From Candidatus Methylomirabilales bacterium (GTDB lineage Bacteria > Methylomirabilota > Methylomirabilia > Methylomirabilales > CSP1-5), in NCBI GenBank assembly GCA_046758505.1, contig JBHIAH010000013.1:1-50311 (forward strand): 50,311 bases of DNA, written 5' to 3'. Under the pieces are notes generated by a model that saw only the letters and a program-made list of their open reading frames with translations, did not search any database and was not told the DNA's origin. Within the stretch, counting starts at the first letter, position 1; each line of letters begins with the position of its first letter. Shown piece after piece: positions 8,967 through 18,357 of this stretch. Position numbers and translations under genes: made by a program.

Positions 8967-11197
8967 ACCACCTCAGCCACTACCGGCAGGGCGGGAAACT
9001 CCATGACCATCCGGGTTCCCCGGGGGTGATTCTCCTCTACGCGAATGGTCCCATGATGTTCCGTGACGATCCGGTACACGATGGCGAGGCCCAGACCGGT
9101 CCCAGACTTCTTCGTGGAAAAGTAGGGGAGAAAGAGTCGCTCCCGATCTGCCGGGGAAATGCCGGGACCGGTGTCGGTCACCTCCAGACGGACCTTTCCC
9201 TCCTCCGCAAGGTACTCGGTCTTCAGGCAGATCTCGCCCGCCTCCCCCACGGCTGCCACCGCATTGTCCACCAGATTGACCAGCGCGCGCTTCATGTGAT
9301 CTGGGTCGAGGTTGACAGGTGGCACCTGGGGATCGAGCAGGGCGGTCAGCTGGATCCGTCGGGAGACTCCGGAGTAGAGATTGAGGACCTTTTCGATCAA
9401 TGCGTGGAGATCTCCCGGTCGAGGATAGGAGGTCGGCATCCGGGCATACCGGGAGAACTCATCCACCAAGGCCTTCAGCGCATCCACCTCATGAATAATC
9501 GTCTGGGTGCACTTGTCAAAGACCCCCGAGAACTCGGCCGACCGCTCGACGAACTTCTTTCGCAGGCGCTGGGTCGAGAGCTTGATGGGGGTCAAGGGGT
9601 TTTTGATCTCGTGGGCGATCCGCCGGGCCACCTCCCCCCACGCCATGGCCTGCTGGGCCCGGATCAGCTGGGTGATGTCATCGAAGACTACCACCATCCC
9701 CAGATACTCGCCTTCCCGACCCCTCAGGCTCGAGACATTGACCATAAAGGTCACCCCCCGACCGAGGAGAGAGAGCGTGACCTGTTCGTTCACCGTCCCC
9801 CGCCCCTCCCGGACCATCCGATCTATCAGATGGCAGAGGGGCGTCAAGGGCTCGGCAGAGAAGACCGCTTGATAGGGCCGCTGGAGGGCCTCTGTTGGAT
9901 CGAGGTTCAGCATCCGAGATGCCGCGCGGTTCACGGTATTCAGCCGACCCTCCGCATCCACAGAGAAAACACCAGCCCCGATGCTTTCCAGGACCGTCTC
10001 CATGTATGCGCGCCGCTGGTTCAGCTCGACATTGGTCCGCTGGAGATCGCGGTTCGTCTCCATGAGCTCTACACCGCTCCGGCGCAGGTCCTCGGTCATC
10101 CGGTTAAACGAGTCCACCAGGATGCCAATCTCATCATCGGCATCCACCCGCACGCGATAATCCAAATTTCCAGACGCCACGGCGCGTGTCCCCTCGGCGA
10201 GTTCCTGGATCGGGACGGTAATCCGACGCGCCATATGCACGCCGACCCATACGGCAGCAAAGATGATCACCAACGTGACCATCAGGAAGAGCATGATGTA
10301 GATCCCCTTGATCGGGTTCTTGAGCATCTTGAGCTGTTTGTATTCTTTGATGCCCGTGGTGATGTCGGTGGCCTTCCGCGCCACCCCCTCGGGGATGAGA
10401 TATCCCACCGCAGCCACCCCAAGGATCCGGCCCTTCTTGGACGGGCGCGTGATCGGCACGATGCCGCGAACGAGATCCCCTGCCCAGGTCGCCTGGATCA
10501 GAGATTGCTCGCGTCCTCGCAAGGCCAGCCGGACAAAGTGAGAGGCTGCCACAATCGCCTCATCTTCGCTGATCTCCTTCCCCCGGATCTGGATCCGCTC
10601 GCGCCCCCGACGGTCAAAGATCTGAAGCACGGCCAGCTCGAATTCCTGGAGCTTCTCGGTGGCGACCCGCTTGAAGTACGGTTCGCTCGCATCCAGCAAC
10701 CCCTCGGCGGCGATGCGCCCGGCGATCTGTCTGGCCGTCGCCAGGGCCCGGTCGTGCGCGTTCCGATAGTAGGCCTGTGCCACCTCGAGGGAGCCCTCGA
10801 GGGACTCCTCCACCCGGATGTTAAACCAACTGTCCACGCTGGTCGTGATGAGGTTGGAGGCCACCAGAAAGAGCAGGGCGGCGGGAAGCAGGGCGAGACT
10901 CAAGAAGGTGACGACCAGCTTCACCCGGAATTTGGATCCCAACAGGTTGTTCCGGCGCTCCAGGTAGATCTTGAACAAATTCCGAAAGACCAACAGGATG
11001 AGGAGGATGAGGAGGATCAGATTCACGTTGACCAAAGCGAAGATCAGGATATTGCTTGGAATCGGGGAGGGAAACCGGAGTTGGTGGATGAGGACCTGGA
11101 CCGCGGTGAGGACCGCAAGTAGGCCCCCGACCACCCCGATGATCAGTCGGGTCCGCCGGCGCCGCTGTTCCATGTCGTTGCCACGATTCTCCGCCAT
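8963..11197 (-). CDS. NtrY-like sensor histidine kinase (TM, HAMP, PAS, HisKA, HATPase)
   Basis: AWGEVARRIAHEIKNPLTPI H-box, GTGLGL G2 box; overlaps the regulator start. Confidence 0.95.
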   Translation of the reverse strand: MAENRGNDMEQRRRRTRLIIGVVGGLLAVLTAVQVLIHQLRFPSPIPSNILIFALVNVNLILLILLILLVFRNLFKIYLERRNNLLGSKFRVKLVVTFLSLALLPAALLFLVASNLITTSVDSWFNIRVEESLEGSLEVAQAYYRNAHDRALATARQIAGRIAAEGLLDASEPYFKRVATEKLQEFELAVLQIFDRRGRERIQIRGKEISEDEAIVAASHFVRLALRGREQSLIQATWAGDLVRGIVPITRPSKKGRILGVAAVGYLIPEGVARKATDITTGIKEYKQLKMLKNPIKGIYIMLFLMVTLVIIFAAVWVGVHMARRITVPIQELAEGTRAVASGNLDYRVRVDADDEIGILVDSFNRMTEDLRRSGVELMETNRDLQRTNVELNQRRAYMETVLESIGAGVFSVDAEGRLNTVNRAASRMLNLDPTEALQRPYQAVFSAEPLTPLCHLIDRMVREGRGTVNEQVTLSLLGRGVTFMVNVSSLRGREGEYLGMVVVFDDITQLIRAQQAMAWGEVARRIAHEIKNPLTPIKLSTQRLRKKFVERSAEFSGVFDKCTQTIIHEVDALKALVDEFSRYARMPTSYPRPGDLHALIEKVLNLYSGVSRRIQLTALLDPQVPPVNLDPDHMKRALVNLVDNAVAAVGEAGEICLKTEYLAEEGKVRLEVTDTGPGISPADRERLFLPYFSTKKSGTGLGLAIVYRIVTEHHGTIRVEENHPRGTRMVMEFPALPVVAEVV

Positions 11198-11330
11198 GCG
11201 CCTCTATCCTTTACGGTGCTGCCTCTTCCGGGGGGGGACAGGCGAGGGGGCCCGTGCAGACCGCCGATGGGTACTCCCCAATTTGCTAACTATAGCCAAA
11301 ATGAGAACGGCCTGACAAGGGGAAACGGCG

Positions 11331-12251
11331 TTAGAGGGCAGGAGAACCGAGGGGCTTCGCAGAGGCGGGCAACGGGAACGAGAGAGACTCTGGGGCGGTC
11401 ACAACACATCGGGAGACCTGATCCAATTCGAGATGGCGCTGGATCTCCTTGACCAGGGCGGTGTGGAGAAGATGTCCTGCCCCTTTCGCCACGACGGTGC
11501 CTTGCAGGGGCCGCCCGAGAAGGTACAGGTCACCGATGAGGTCCAAGACCTTGTGCCGAATCAGCTCGTCTTCGAAGCGGAGACCATTCAGGGCGCCCTC
11601 CTCCCCAATCACGACAGCATTCTCCAGCGAGCCACCGAGGGCGAGGCCCCGCCGCCAGAGGTACTCGACATCCCGGAGAAAGCCATAGGTCCGGGAGGGG
11701 GCAATCTCCCTGATGAAGGTCCGCCGAGAGACCTGGAGCTCGATGGATTGCTCGGGAATGCAGGGATGTCCAAAGCTCATGGAGTACTGGATCCGAAATC
11801 GTTTAGACGGGAGAATCTGGACACTCCGACCCTCCATGTCGATCGTGAGAGGCCTCGTCACGCGGATATAGGTCTTGGGGACGTAATGCCGCCGGATCCC
11901 CGCCTCGAGGATGAGGTCGACGAACGGCGCTGCACTCCCATCCATCACAGGAATCTCGGGTCCCCAAATCTCCACAATGAGGTTGTCGATCCCGAGGCCC
12001 CCCAGGGCGGCCAGCAGATGCTCCACGGTCTTGACCTCGACGCCGGCCTTTCCGAGGGTCGTGGCGTAATGGACGTCAAGGATATTCTCGGGACGGGCTT
12101 CGACGACAGGCGTATCGGCAAGATCCATCCGTCGGAAGCTGATCCCGGTATTCGGGGGGGCGGGACGGAGGACCATGGTGACCTCCCGCCCGGTGTGAAG
12201 CCCGACGCCAGAACAGCGGATTGCACTTCCTACCGTCTTCTGCCGGCCCAC
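11331..12251 (-). CDS. lpxC: UDP-3-O-acyl-N-acetylglucosamine deacetylase
   Basis: RQKTV...GVGLHTG, TVEHLLAAL, HKVLDLIGDL. Confidence 0.97.
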   Translation of the reverse strand: MGRQKTVGSAIRCSGVGLHTGREVTMVLRPAPPNTGISFRRMDLADTPVVEARPENILDVHYATTLGKAGVEVKTVEHLLAALGGLGIDNLIVEIWGPEIPVMDGSAAPFVDLILEAGIRRHYVPKTYIRVTRPLTIDMEGRSVQILPSKRFRIQYSMSFGHPCIPEQSIELQVSRRTFIREIAPSRTYGFLRDVEYLWRRGLALGGSLENAVVIGEEGALNGLRFEDELIRHKVLDLIGDLYLLGRPLQGTVVAKGAGHLLHTALVKEIQRHLELDQVSRCVVTAPESLSFPLPASAKPLGSPAL

Positions 12252-12326
12252 GCCTCTCCCCTCTATTTTTATTCGGGTCGGGTTCTAAAAATGGCGATAT
12301 CACCCCATTGAGACCAATGGGTTGCG

Positions 12327-12343
12327 TGCAAGGCCCATACCAA
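12327..12343 (-). promoter_or_regulatory. Sigma54 -24/-12 promoter motif upstream of lpxC
   Basis: TTGGTATGGGCCTTGCA (GG-N10-GC) about 75 nt before the lpxC start. Confidence 0.65.
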
Positions 12344-12480
12344 GAGCGCAGATGGGTCCCTCCCCAAGAAATCCATTTACATTCAGTGAGATACGATCTG
12401 ACAAAAGGATAGGGCTTGCCTCTTGTTATCTTTTTGCAACGCGTCCACTCCGATCTGTTGAAAGAAAACCACAGGGGGGG

Positions 12481-12942
12481 TCAACTCCGTTCCCATGCCT
12501 TCCTCAGGATCCGAGTCAGGACCTCGCGGCACTCCTGATCCTGTATGGGTCGGAGCACCTCACGGAGACGCCCCTGCATCTCGGGAGACAGCGGGCCGCT
12601 TCCCCGTCGAGCAGGCGGCTCAGGCCGAGCGGTGGGCGCAGAGGGGACGCCCAGCACAAAGAAGATATCCTGAACCACCCGGGAGCCTACGTGAGATTCC
12701 AGCCCTGCAAGGATGGCAGGCTTCAACATCGTCAGCTGCTGGAGCCAGACCGCATCCCCCACTGTCACCTGAAGACGGCCGTTCTTGAGCAGACCCGGTT
12801 GGCTCCGACGAGCCACTTCTTCACCCACGACCTCTGCCCAGACCCGGTGAACGACCACGTTCGCCGCCCCGCCCCCTAGTCCGAACCGGTCCAGGGTCAT
12901 CTCCACGGCCTTGCGGAGAGAGGTAAAGCCAGAATGACTCAT
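12481..12942 (-). CDS. DUF721/DciA-family protein
   Basis: WAEVVGEEVARRSQPGLLKNGRLQVTVGDAVWLQQL. Confidence 0.85.
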   Translation of the reverse strand: MSHSGFTSLRKAVEMTLDRFGLGGGAANVVVHRVWAEVVGEEVARRSQPGLLKNGRLQVTVGDAVWLQQLTMLKPAILAGLESHVGSRVVQDIFFVLGVPSAPTARPEPPARRGSGPLSPEMQGRLREVLRPIQDQECREVLTRILRKAWERS

Positions 12943-13565
12943 CCTGCTCCCTCCCCCCGGTGGGGTGACGTCCCCTGCTGTCCCTCGTCCAGGAACACGT
13001 CGATCGCCCGGTTGGCCAGCAGGTCGGCCCGGGCATTCATCTCCCGCCGGACATGGGCAATTTCGAATGCCCCGAACGAGCGCAGGAGATTTTGCACCTG
13101 ATCATACAACACCCGCAACCGAGGATTCTTCACTCGATAGTCTCCGCGGATTTGCCGGACCAGGAGTTCCGAGTCGGAGTAGACCTTCACAGCCGCAAAG
13201 TCCAACTCCCGTGCCTTCCGCAGGCCGCAGAGGAGCGCTTCATATTCAGCGACGTTGTTGGTCGTCTCCCCAATGTAGGCCTGATGCTCCTCCCGAAAGG
13301 CGCCCGCTTCGTCCGAAAGAACTACGCCGATCCCCGCCGGGCCCGGATTGCCCCGAGCCGCCCCGTCGATGTGAAGGACGAGCGGCCGCGCGACCGGTCT
13401 CCGGGATCGACGAGAATTGCCCGACTGCTGGAGCAGGCGAGAGGCTTCCTCGAGCGCCTCTCTCAGGGTGGCCGGGGGAAGGTCTGGAAGCTCGTTGCTC
13501 AGGGCGGCCAGGCCCACGGCGCGGGACATCGCCTCCAGGATTTTGGCGAGCCGTCGCGGCTCCAT
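12939..13565 (-). CDS. rnhA: Ribonuclease HI family protein with N-terminal extension
   Basis: IDGAARGNPGPAGIG, TNNVAEYEAL, SDSELLVRQ, NARADLLAN. Confidence 0.88.
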   Translation of the reverse strand: MEPRRLAKILEAMSRAVGLAALSNELPDLPPATLREALEEASRLLQQSGNSRRSRRPVARPLVLHIDGAARGNPGPAGIGVVLSDEAGAFREEHQAYIGETTNNVAEYEALLCGLRKARELDFAAVKVYSDSELLVRQIRGDYRVKNPRLRVLYDQVQNLLRSFGAFEIAHVRREMNARADLLANRAIDVFLDEGQQGTSPHRGEGAG

Positions 13566-13566
13566 C

Positions 13567-14271
13567 TCACCCTTCCCAGTAGAGGATCCGCTGGCAGTTG
13601 GCGCAGCTGAGCAGGACATCCCCCCTGCGCAGTTCGTTGTATGTCTGGGGGGTGAGGGCGACGTGACAGCCGAGGCAGGAACCGTCCTTCACCGGCACCA
13701 CCGCCACGCCGCCTCGGCTGCGCAGCAGGCGCTGGTAGGTCTGGAGCAATCCCGCCTCTACCCGCCTCGCCTGACGGCGACGCTCCTCCTGAAGGCGGTC
13801 CAGCTCTCCCTGAAGATATTTGAGTTCCGCCTCCTTCGCGGTCCGCTGCCCTTCACACGTCTTCTCTCGCTCCTGAAAGCGGGCCGCCTCATCCCGCGCC
13901 CCCCCTTGCGCCGCCTCGATCTGATCAAACAGGTCCAGGATCTCGTCCTCCAGTTTCGAGCGGCGCTCCTTGAGCCCTTCGATCTCCTTCAGGACCGCGG
14001 CATACTCCTCATTCGTTTTGATCGCGAAGAGACGCCCCTGTCGCTTCCGCTGCTCTGCCGTCACCTCCTCAAGGTCTCGCTCCTTCTGCCGACGAAGCTG
14101 TTCGAGCGTGGCGAGGCGCTCGCGCGCCTGGTCCCAGGCCCCCCGGGAGCTCATCAACTCTTGCTCTAATTCGGCGATGTCCCGTGGTATCTTTTTGACC
14201 CCGGTCTGGAGTCGCGCGATTTCCAGATCAAGATTCTGCAGACCGACTACCTGGGCCAGGTCCTCCCGCAC
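13567..14271 (-). CDS. Coiled-coil protein with C4-type zinc ribbon (DUF164/CT398-like)
   Basis: Long coiled coil, CLGCH...CANCQRILY. Confidence 0.9.
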   Translation of the reverse strand: MREDLAQVVGLQNLDLEIARLQTGVKKIPRDIAELEQELMSSRGAWDQARERLATLEQLRRQKERDLEEVTAEQRKRQGRLFAIKTNEEYAAVLKEIEGLKERRSKLEDEILDLFDQIEAAQGGARDEAARFQEREKTCEGQRTAKEAELKYLQGELDRLQEERRRQARRVEAGLLQTYQRLLRSRGGVAVVPVKDGSCLGCHVALTPQTYNELRRGDVLLSCANCQRILYWEG

Positions 14272-14295
14272 GGTCCCTCCGCGTTCACGCCGCAC

Positions 14296-14430
14296 CGTTC
14301 GTGGTTCAGGGTTCACAGTTCACGGTTCATGGCAGTAAGCACCACCAAAAAGGTCCGTTTTCGTTTTTCTCTCTGAACCCTGAACTCTGAACCATGAACG
14401 ATTGAGTCCTGAACTCTGCACTCTGAACTA
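14296..14430. repeat. Family A palindromic heptamer element (GGTTCAN ... NTGAACC)
   Basis: GGTTCAGGGTTCACAGTTCACGGTTCAT-spacer-CTGAACCCTGAACTCTGAACCATGAAC. Confidence 0.8.
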
Positions 14431-14434
14431 ACCT

Positions 14435-14510
14435 TGGTGGGCCCACCTGGATTCGAACCAGGGACCATCCGGTTATGAGCCGGTGGCTCTGACCGCTGAG
14501 CTATGGGCCC
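14435..14510 (-). tRNA. tRNA-Ile2 (CAU, lysidine type); tRNA-Met is the alternative
   Basis: GGGCCCATAGCTCAG...CTCATAA...GGTTCGAATCC...GGGCCCACCA cloverleaf, 76 nt with encoded CCA, immediately after rpoD. Confidence 0.92.
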
Positions 14511-14514
14511 AGCA

Positions 14515-14600
14515 GGGTTCACGGTTCATGGTAGCGAGTAGTGCCCAAAGCATCTGTTTCTTGTCCTCTGCCCTGAACCCTGAACTCTCAACCCTGAACG
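14515..14600. repeat. Family A palindromic heptamer element
   Basis: GGGTTCACGGTTCATGG-spacer-CCCTGAACCCTGAACTCTCAACCCTGAAC. Confidence 0.8.
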
Positions 14601-14607
14601 AGCCCCC

Positions 14608-16374
14608 TTAGGATTCCACGAAGCTGCGCAGCCTCCGGCCTCGCGTGGGATGTCGAAGCTTGCGCAACGCCTTGGCCTCGATCTGCCGGATCCGCTCCCG
14701 GGTCACGTCGAATTGCTGTCCCACTTCCTCCAGGGTGTGGTCTACGCCGTCGCCAATGCCGAACCGGAGGCGCAGGACTCTTCGCTCCCGTTCGGTCAAG
14801 GTGCCCAGCACATCGTCGGTCTGGGTACCCAGGTTGATCCCAATAAACGCCTCGAGCGGGGAAATTGCCCCCTTGTCCTCGATGAAATCCCCGAGGTGTG
14901 AATCCTCTTCTTCCCCGATGGGGGTCTCCAGGGAGATAGGCTCTTGAGCGATCTTGAGAACTTTCCGGACCTTGTCCACGGGGAGATCGATCTTCTGGGC
15001 GATTTCCTCCGGGCTCGGTTCCCGACCGAACTCCTGGACTAACTGTCGGGAGGCACGGATCAACTTGTTGATGGTCTCGATCATATGCACCGGGATCCGG
15101 ATGGTCCTGGCCTGATCCGCGATGGCCCGGGTGATGGCCTGGCGGATCCACCACGTGGCGTACGTGGAGAATTTATAACCCCGCTGGTACTCGAACTTCT
15201 CCACGGCCCGCATGAGCCCGATGTTCCCTTCCTGAATCAGATCCAGAAACTGCAGCCCCCGGTTTGTATACTTCTTCGCAATAGAGATGACCAGACGGAG
15301 GTTGGCTTCCACCATCTCTCGCTTGGCATTTAACGCCCGTCGTTCCCCCCGGCTGATGGCCTGGAGCAACTCGTGCATCTCGCTGGAGCGGGCGCCCCCC
15401 TCTTGCTCAACTCGATGGGTCTTCTTGGTAATAACCTGAATCTGCCGTGCAAGGTCCTCCAGCCTTTCGCGAGAGAGCTTCGTCCGCCGAACCAGGGTTC
15501 GCATCGACACGCCGTTGCCCAAGGCGGTATCACGGAGCACCTTGAAGTTGGCGGCGCTCAAGCGCGTGGAACGTTTGAGTTCCTTCATCTCCTGTTCGGC
15601 CTTGTCGATGCGCTCCACGATGCTCCGCATCCGGGCGACGATCCGTTCAATGACCCGCTGGCTGAGGTTGAGCTGCCGCAGGAGCTCGGCCTGATGAACC
15701 CTCCGCTCCTGGATCTCGTGAGACAACCGCTCCGCCCGCTTGGCATTGTCTCGCTGCTCCGCCCGCTCGAACCGCTTGGTCAGGTCCTCGACCTTCTCCT
15801 GATCCTGCCGCAGGCCCTTGAGGGCCGGCGCAATCTCAGCAATCAGCTCTTTCTCTTTCGGCTCCGAGAGCTCGTCAAAATCGTTGAGGGCGACAAGATC
15901 GGCCACCCGAAGCCGACCCTGGAGCAGGCGCTCTCCCAAAAAGATCACCTCACGGACGGCGATCCCGGCCCGGCAGACCGCCTCGGTGACCTCGCGGCGT
16001 CCCTCTTCGATCCGCTTGGCAATCCCGATCTCCCCCTCCCTGGAGAGGAGTGGGGTCTTTCCCATCTCGCGGAGGTACATCCGAACCGGGTCATCGGTCC
16101 GACCCACCGGCGCGGGGCTGAGATCCACCTCCGCCTCGGCTCCCCCCGCTGAGGGATCTACCCCCTTCTTCGCCCCACCCCGCCCCGCCTCGGAGGGGAC
16201 ATCGATCACCTCGATGTCCATCTCGCCCAAGCGGCTGAGGATCCGATCAATCTGCTCGGCGGAGGTGATGTCTTCCGGGAGATAGTTGTTGATCTCCTCG
16301 TAGGTCAGATACCCCTTCTGCTTCCCCAGGGTGACGAGGACCTTGAGCTCTTCCACTCTCCCTTCGTTTGTCAT
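14608..16374 (-). CDS. rpoD: RNA polymerase primary sigma factor
   Basis: Region 1.1, [55 protein letters not shown]. Confidence 0.98.
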   Translation of the reverse strand: MTNEGRVEELKVLVTLGKQKGYLTYEEINNYLPEDITSAEQIDRILSRLGEMDIEVIDVPSEAGRGGAKKGVDPSAGGAEAEVDLSPAPVGRTDDPVRMYLREMGKTPLLSREGEIGIAKRIEEGRREVTEAVCRAGIAVREVIFLGERLLQGRLRVADLVALNDFDELSEPKEKELIAEIAPALKGLRQDQEKVEDLTKRFERAEQRDNAKRAERLSHEIQERRVHQAELLRQLNLSQRVIERIVARMRSIVERIDKAEQEMKELKRSTRLSAANFKVLRDTALGNGVSMRTLVRRTKLSRERLEDLARQIQVITKKTHRVEQEGGARSSEMHELLQAISRGERRALNAKREMVEANLRLVISIAKKYTNRGLQFLDLIQEGNIGLMRAVEKFEYQRGYKFSTYATWWIRQAITRAIADQARTIRIPVHMIETINKLIRASRQLVQEFGREPSPEEIAQKIDLPVDKVRKVLKIAQEPISLETPIGEEEDSHLGDFIEDKGAISPLEAFIGINLGTQTDDVLGTLTERERRVLRLRFGIGDGVDHTLEEVGQQFDVTRERIRQIEAKALRKLRHPTRGRRLRSFVES

Positions 16375-16428
16375 GCCGCCACATCCCCCTTTGTTATCGT
16401 CACGGGCCCCCGAGAATTCGATACCCCG

Positions 16429-18174
16429 CTAACACCCCTTAATATAGTCCGTTTTTGAAATTCGGCCACTGCTGAGTGTCTGTTTCTGCTCCAACAGGGC
16501 CTTGACCCGAAGAAGGTCTCCCCCCTCCCGCGCCCTCCGCAACTGTTCCTGGATTTCCTGGAGTTTGAGCCGCACGAGACAGTCCTGCGCCATCCGTTGC
16601 GGATCGACAAATTCTTCTCCGCCATACACGAACAGCTCTGCGGCCACCTGGCGAACCGCCGCATCGGGATGGTGGGTGAGGGTCCGGGCCAGGCTCTCCT
16701 CCTCCCCCGCGTACTCTCGCAGCACCCCGTAGATCGACCGGAGGGGGGATGCCGAAAGTTCCTCGCCCCGGAGGGTTCCCCAGACGAGGGGCCGCACCTC
16801 CGGAAAGAGGAGGCAGATCTGGATTAAGGTCTTTTCCACCCGGGGGAGCACCATCGTCGGCGGGGCGCTCGGGGCCGGGGCCACCTCCGGGGAATCGAGG
16901 CGACGGAGCTCTGCCAAGACCGCTCCTTCGGATACCCCCAACCGCTCCGCCAGCTTCTGGACATATTTCGCTTGTCGCACCCCTTCGGGCATCCGGGTCA
17001 AGAGGCGCAAGACGTGCCGGGCGGCGGCCGCCTTTTCATCCACGCCCTTCAGTCCCGTCTGTTCCTCTGCCCGCGTGAGGAGAAAGTCGACCAGATCCTG
17101 AGCCCCCTCAACCCGCGCCAGGAGCGCATCCCTGCCGGACTCCCGGACGAAGCTATCGGGATCTTGTCCCGCCGGCAGGACCACCACGGCAACCCCCATC
17201 TCCCCGGCCACCAAGAGCTCCAGGCCGCGCCAGGCGGCCTGGAGCCCCGCGGGGTCGGGATCAAAGATGAGGACCGCCTTATCGGCGTACCGGCGCACAA
17301 GGGTCACCTGGTCGGGGGTCAAGGCCGTCCCCAGGGAGGCCACCGCGTGGGAGAACCCCGCACTGTGGAGCGCAATGACATCGAAGTACCCCTCCACCAC
17401 CAGCGCCACCCTCGCCCCCCGGATTGCCCGGGACGCCAGATGAAGACCGTACAGGTGGACGCCCTTCTTGTAGATGGCGGTCTCGGGAGAGTTGATATAC
17501 TTCGGCTGCTGGTCTCCCATGGCCCGGCCCCCGAATCCTACGATCTTTCCCGTGGAATCGGCAATGGGGATCATCAGACGATCCCGAAACCGGTCGTAGT
17601 ATCCGCGACCCGCCTGTCTGGGAAGGGCCAGGCCTGCCGCCTCCACCTGACGCGGGGTGAATCCCCGCTTGGTGAGGTCGCGGAGCAGCCCCTCCCACTC
17701 GGCCACAGCGTACCCGAGCTGGAACCGTTCAACCAGCTCCGCGCCGACCCCCCGCTGCCTGAGAGTTTCTCGTGCGTCGTGGCCCCCGGGATCCTGCAGG
17801 CCCTTTCGGAAGAAGTCACAGGCCAGCCGCTGGAGCTCGAAGAGCTTCAGGAGGCCATCGCCCTGCCGGCTCCGCCCCCGCTCCGGAAGCGGGATCCCGG
17901 CTCGCTGGGCAAGATGCCGGACCGCGTCGGGGAACGTAAACCCCTCTCGCCGCATCAGGAAGCGAAAGACGTCCCCTCCCTCCCCGCACCCGAAGCAGTA
18001 AAAGATCTGGCGCTCCGGATTGACGGTGAAGGACGGGGTCTTTTCGGTGTGGAAGGGGCAGAGGGCTCGGTAATATTTTCCACTCTGCTTCAAGGGGACG
18101 TAGCCCTCGATCACCTCCACAATGTTCGAGGTGCGCAGCACCTGCTCAATGACTTCTTCGGGGATAAATCCCAT
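16429..18174 (-). CDS. dnaG: DNA primase
   Basis: CPFHTEKTPSF...CFGC zinc finger, KYINSPET, VEGYFD TOPRIM. Confidence 0.98.
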   Translation of the reverse strand: MGFIPEEVIEQVLRTSNIVEVIEGYVPLKQSGKYYRALCPFHTEKTPSFTVNPERQIFYCFGCGEGGDVFRFLMRREGFTFPDAVRHLAQRAGIPLPERGRSRQGDGLLKLFELQRLACDFFRKGLQDPGGHDARETLRQRGVGAELVERFQLGYAVAEWEGLLRDLTKRGFTPRQVEAAGLALPRQAGRGYYDRFRDRLMIPIADSTGKIVGFGGRAMGDQQPKYINSPETAIYKKGVHLYGLHLASRAIRGARVALVVEGYFDVIALHSAGFSHAVASLGTALTPDQVTLVRRYADKAVLIFDPDPAGLQAAWRGLELLVAGEMGVAVVVLPAGQDPDSFVRESGRDALLARVEGAQDLVDFLLTRAEEQTGLKGVDEKAAAARHVLRLLTRMPEGVRQAKYVQKLAERLGVSEGAVLAELRRLDSPEVAPAPSAPPTMVLPRVEKTLIQICLLFPEVRPLVWGTLRGEELSASPLRSIYGVLREYAGEEESLARTLTHHPDAAVRQVAAELFVYGGEEFVDPQRMAQDCLVRLKLQEIQEQLRRAREGGDLLRVKALLEQKQTLSSGRISKTDYIKGC

Positions 18175-18357
18175 CGAGCGCCTCAGACGGCCCTCCCGGT
18201 CGGCAGGGCATGTTCCCCATGTGACGGGAGCGGTCGCTCGCCCTTCGATTCATCCGTTTGCCGACGAACGAAAGCCCTCAGGACACGTGCTGCCTGAGCG
18301 CACGTGTTCATCAACCGTGGAGGAATACGTCACTCTCCGTGCGAATCGGAGCACTCG

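Noticed and set aside
9026..11122. Long + strand ORFs (e.g. 698 aa here, 684 aa at 18691-20745, 508 aa at 31665-33191, 465 aa at 2152-3549)
   Set aside because: Antisense shadows of well-identified minus-strand genes, expected from GC-rich codon usage; no recognisable motifs.
14272..14522. ORF extensions or small ORFs over repeats and the tRNA (MNPEPRT.., 14313-14522; also MLTADC.. at hisA, MDVGHS at lepA)
   Set aside because: Translations of heptamer arrays or tRNA; better starts lie downstream.
14296..14600. Repeat-spacer-repeat pattern as a CRISPR array
   Set aside because: Units are degenerate 7-mers in inverted arms, spacers are related to each other, and there are no cas genes.
18250..18275. 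GGCAAAC suggesting a c-di-GMP-I riboswitch
   Set aside because: The GAAA tetraloop/receptor and GCAAAG second stem are not present.
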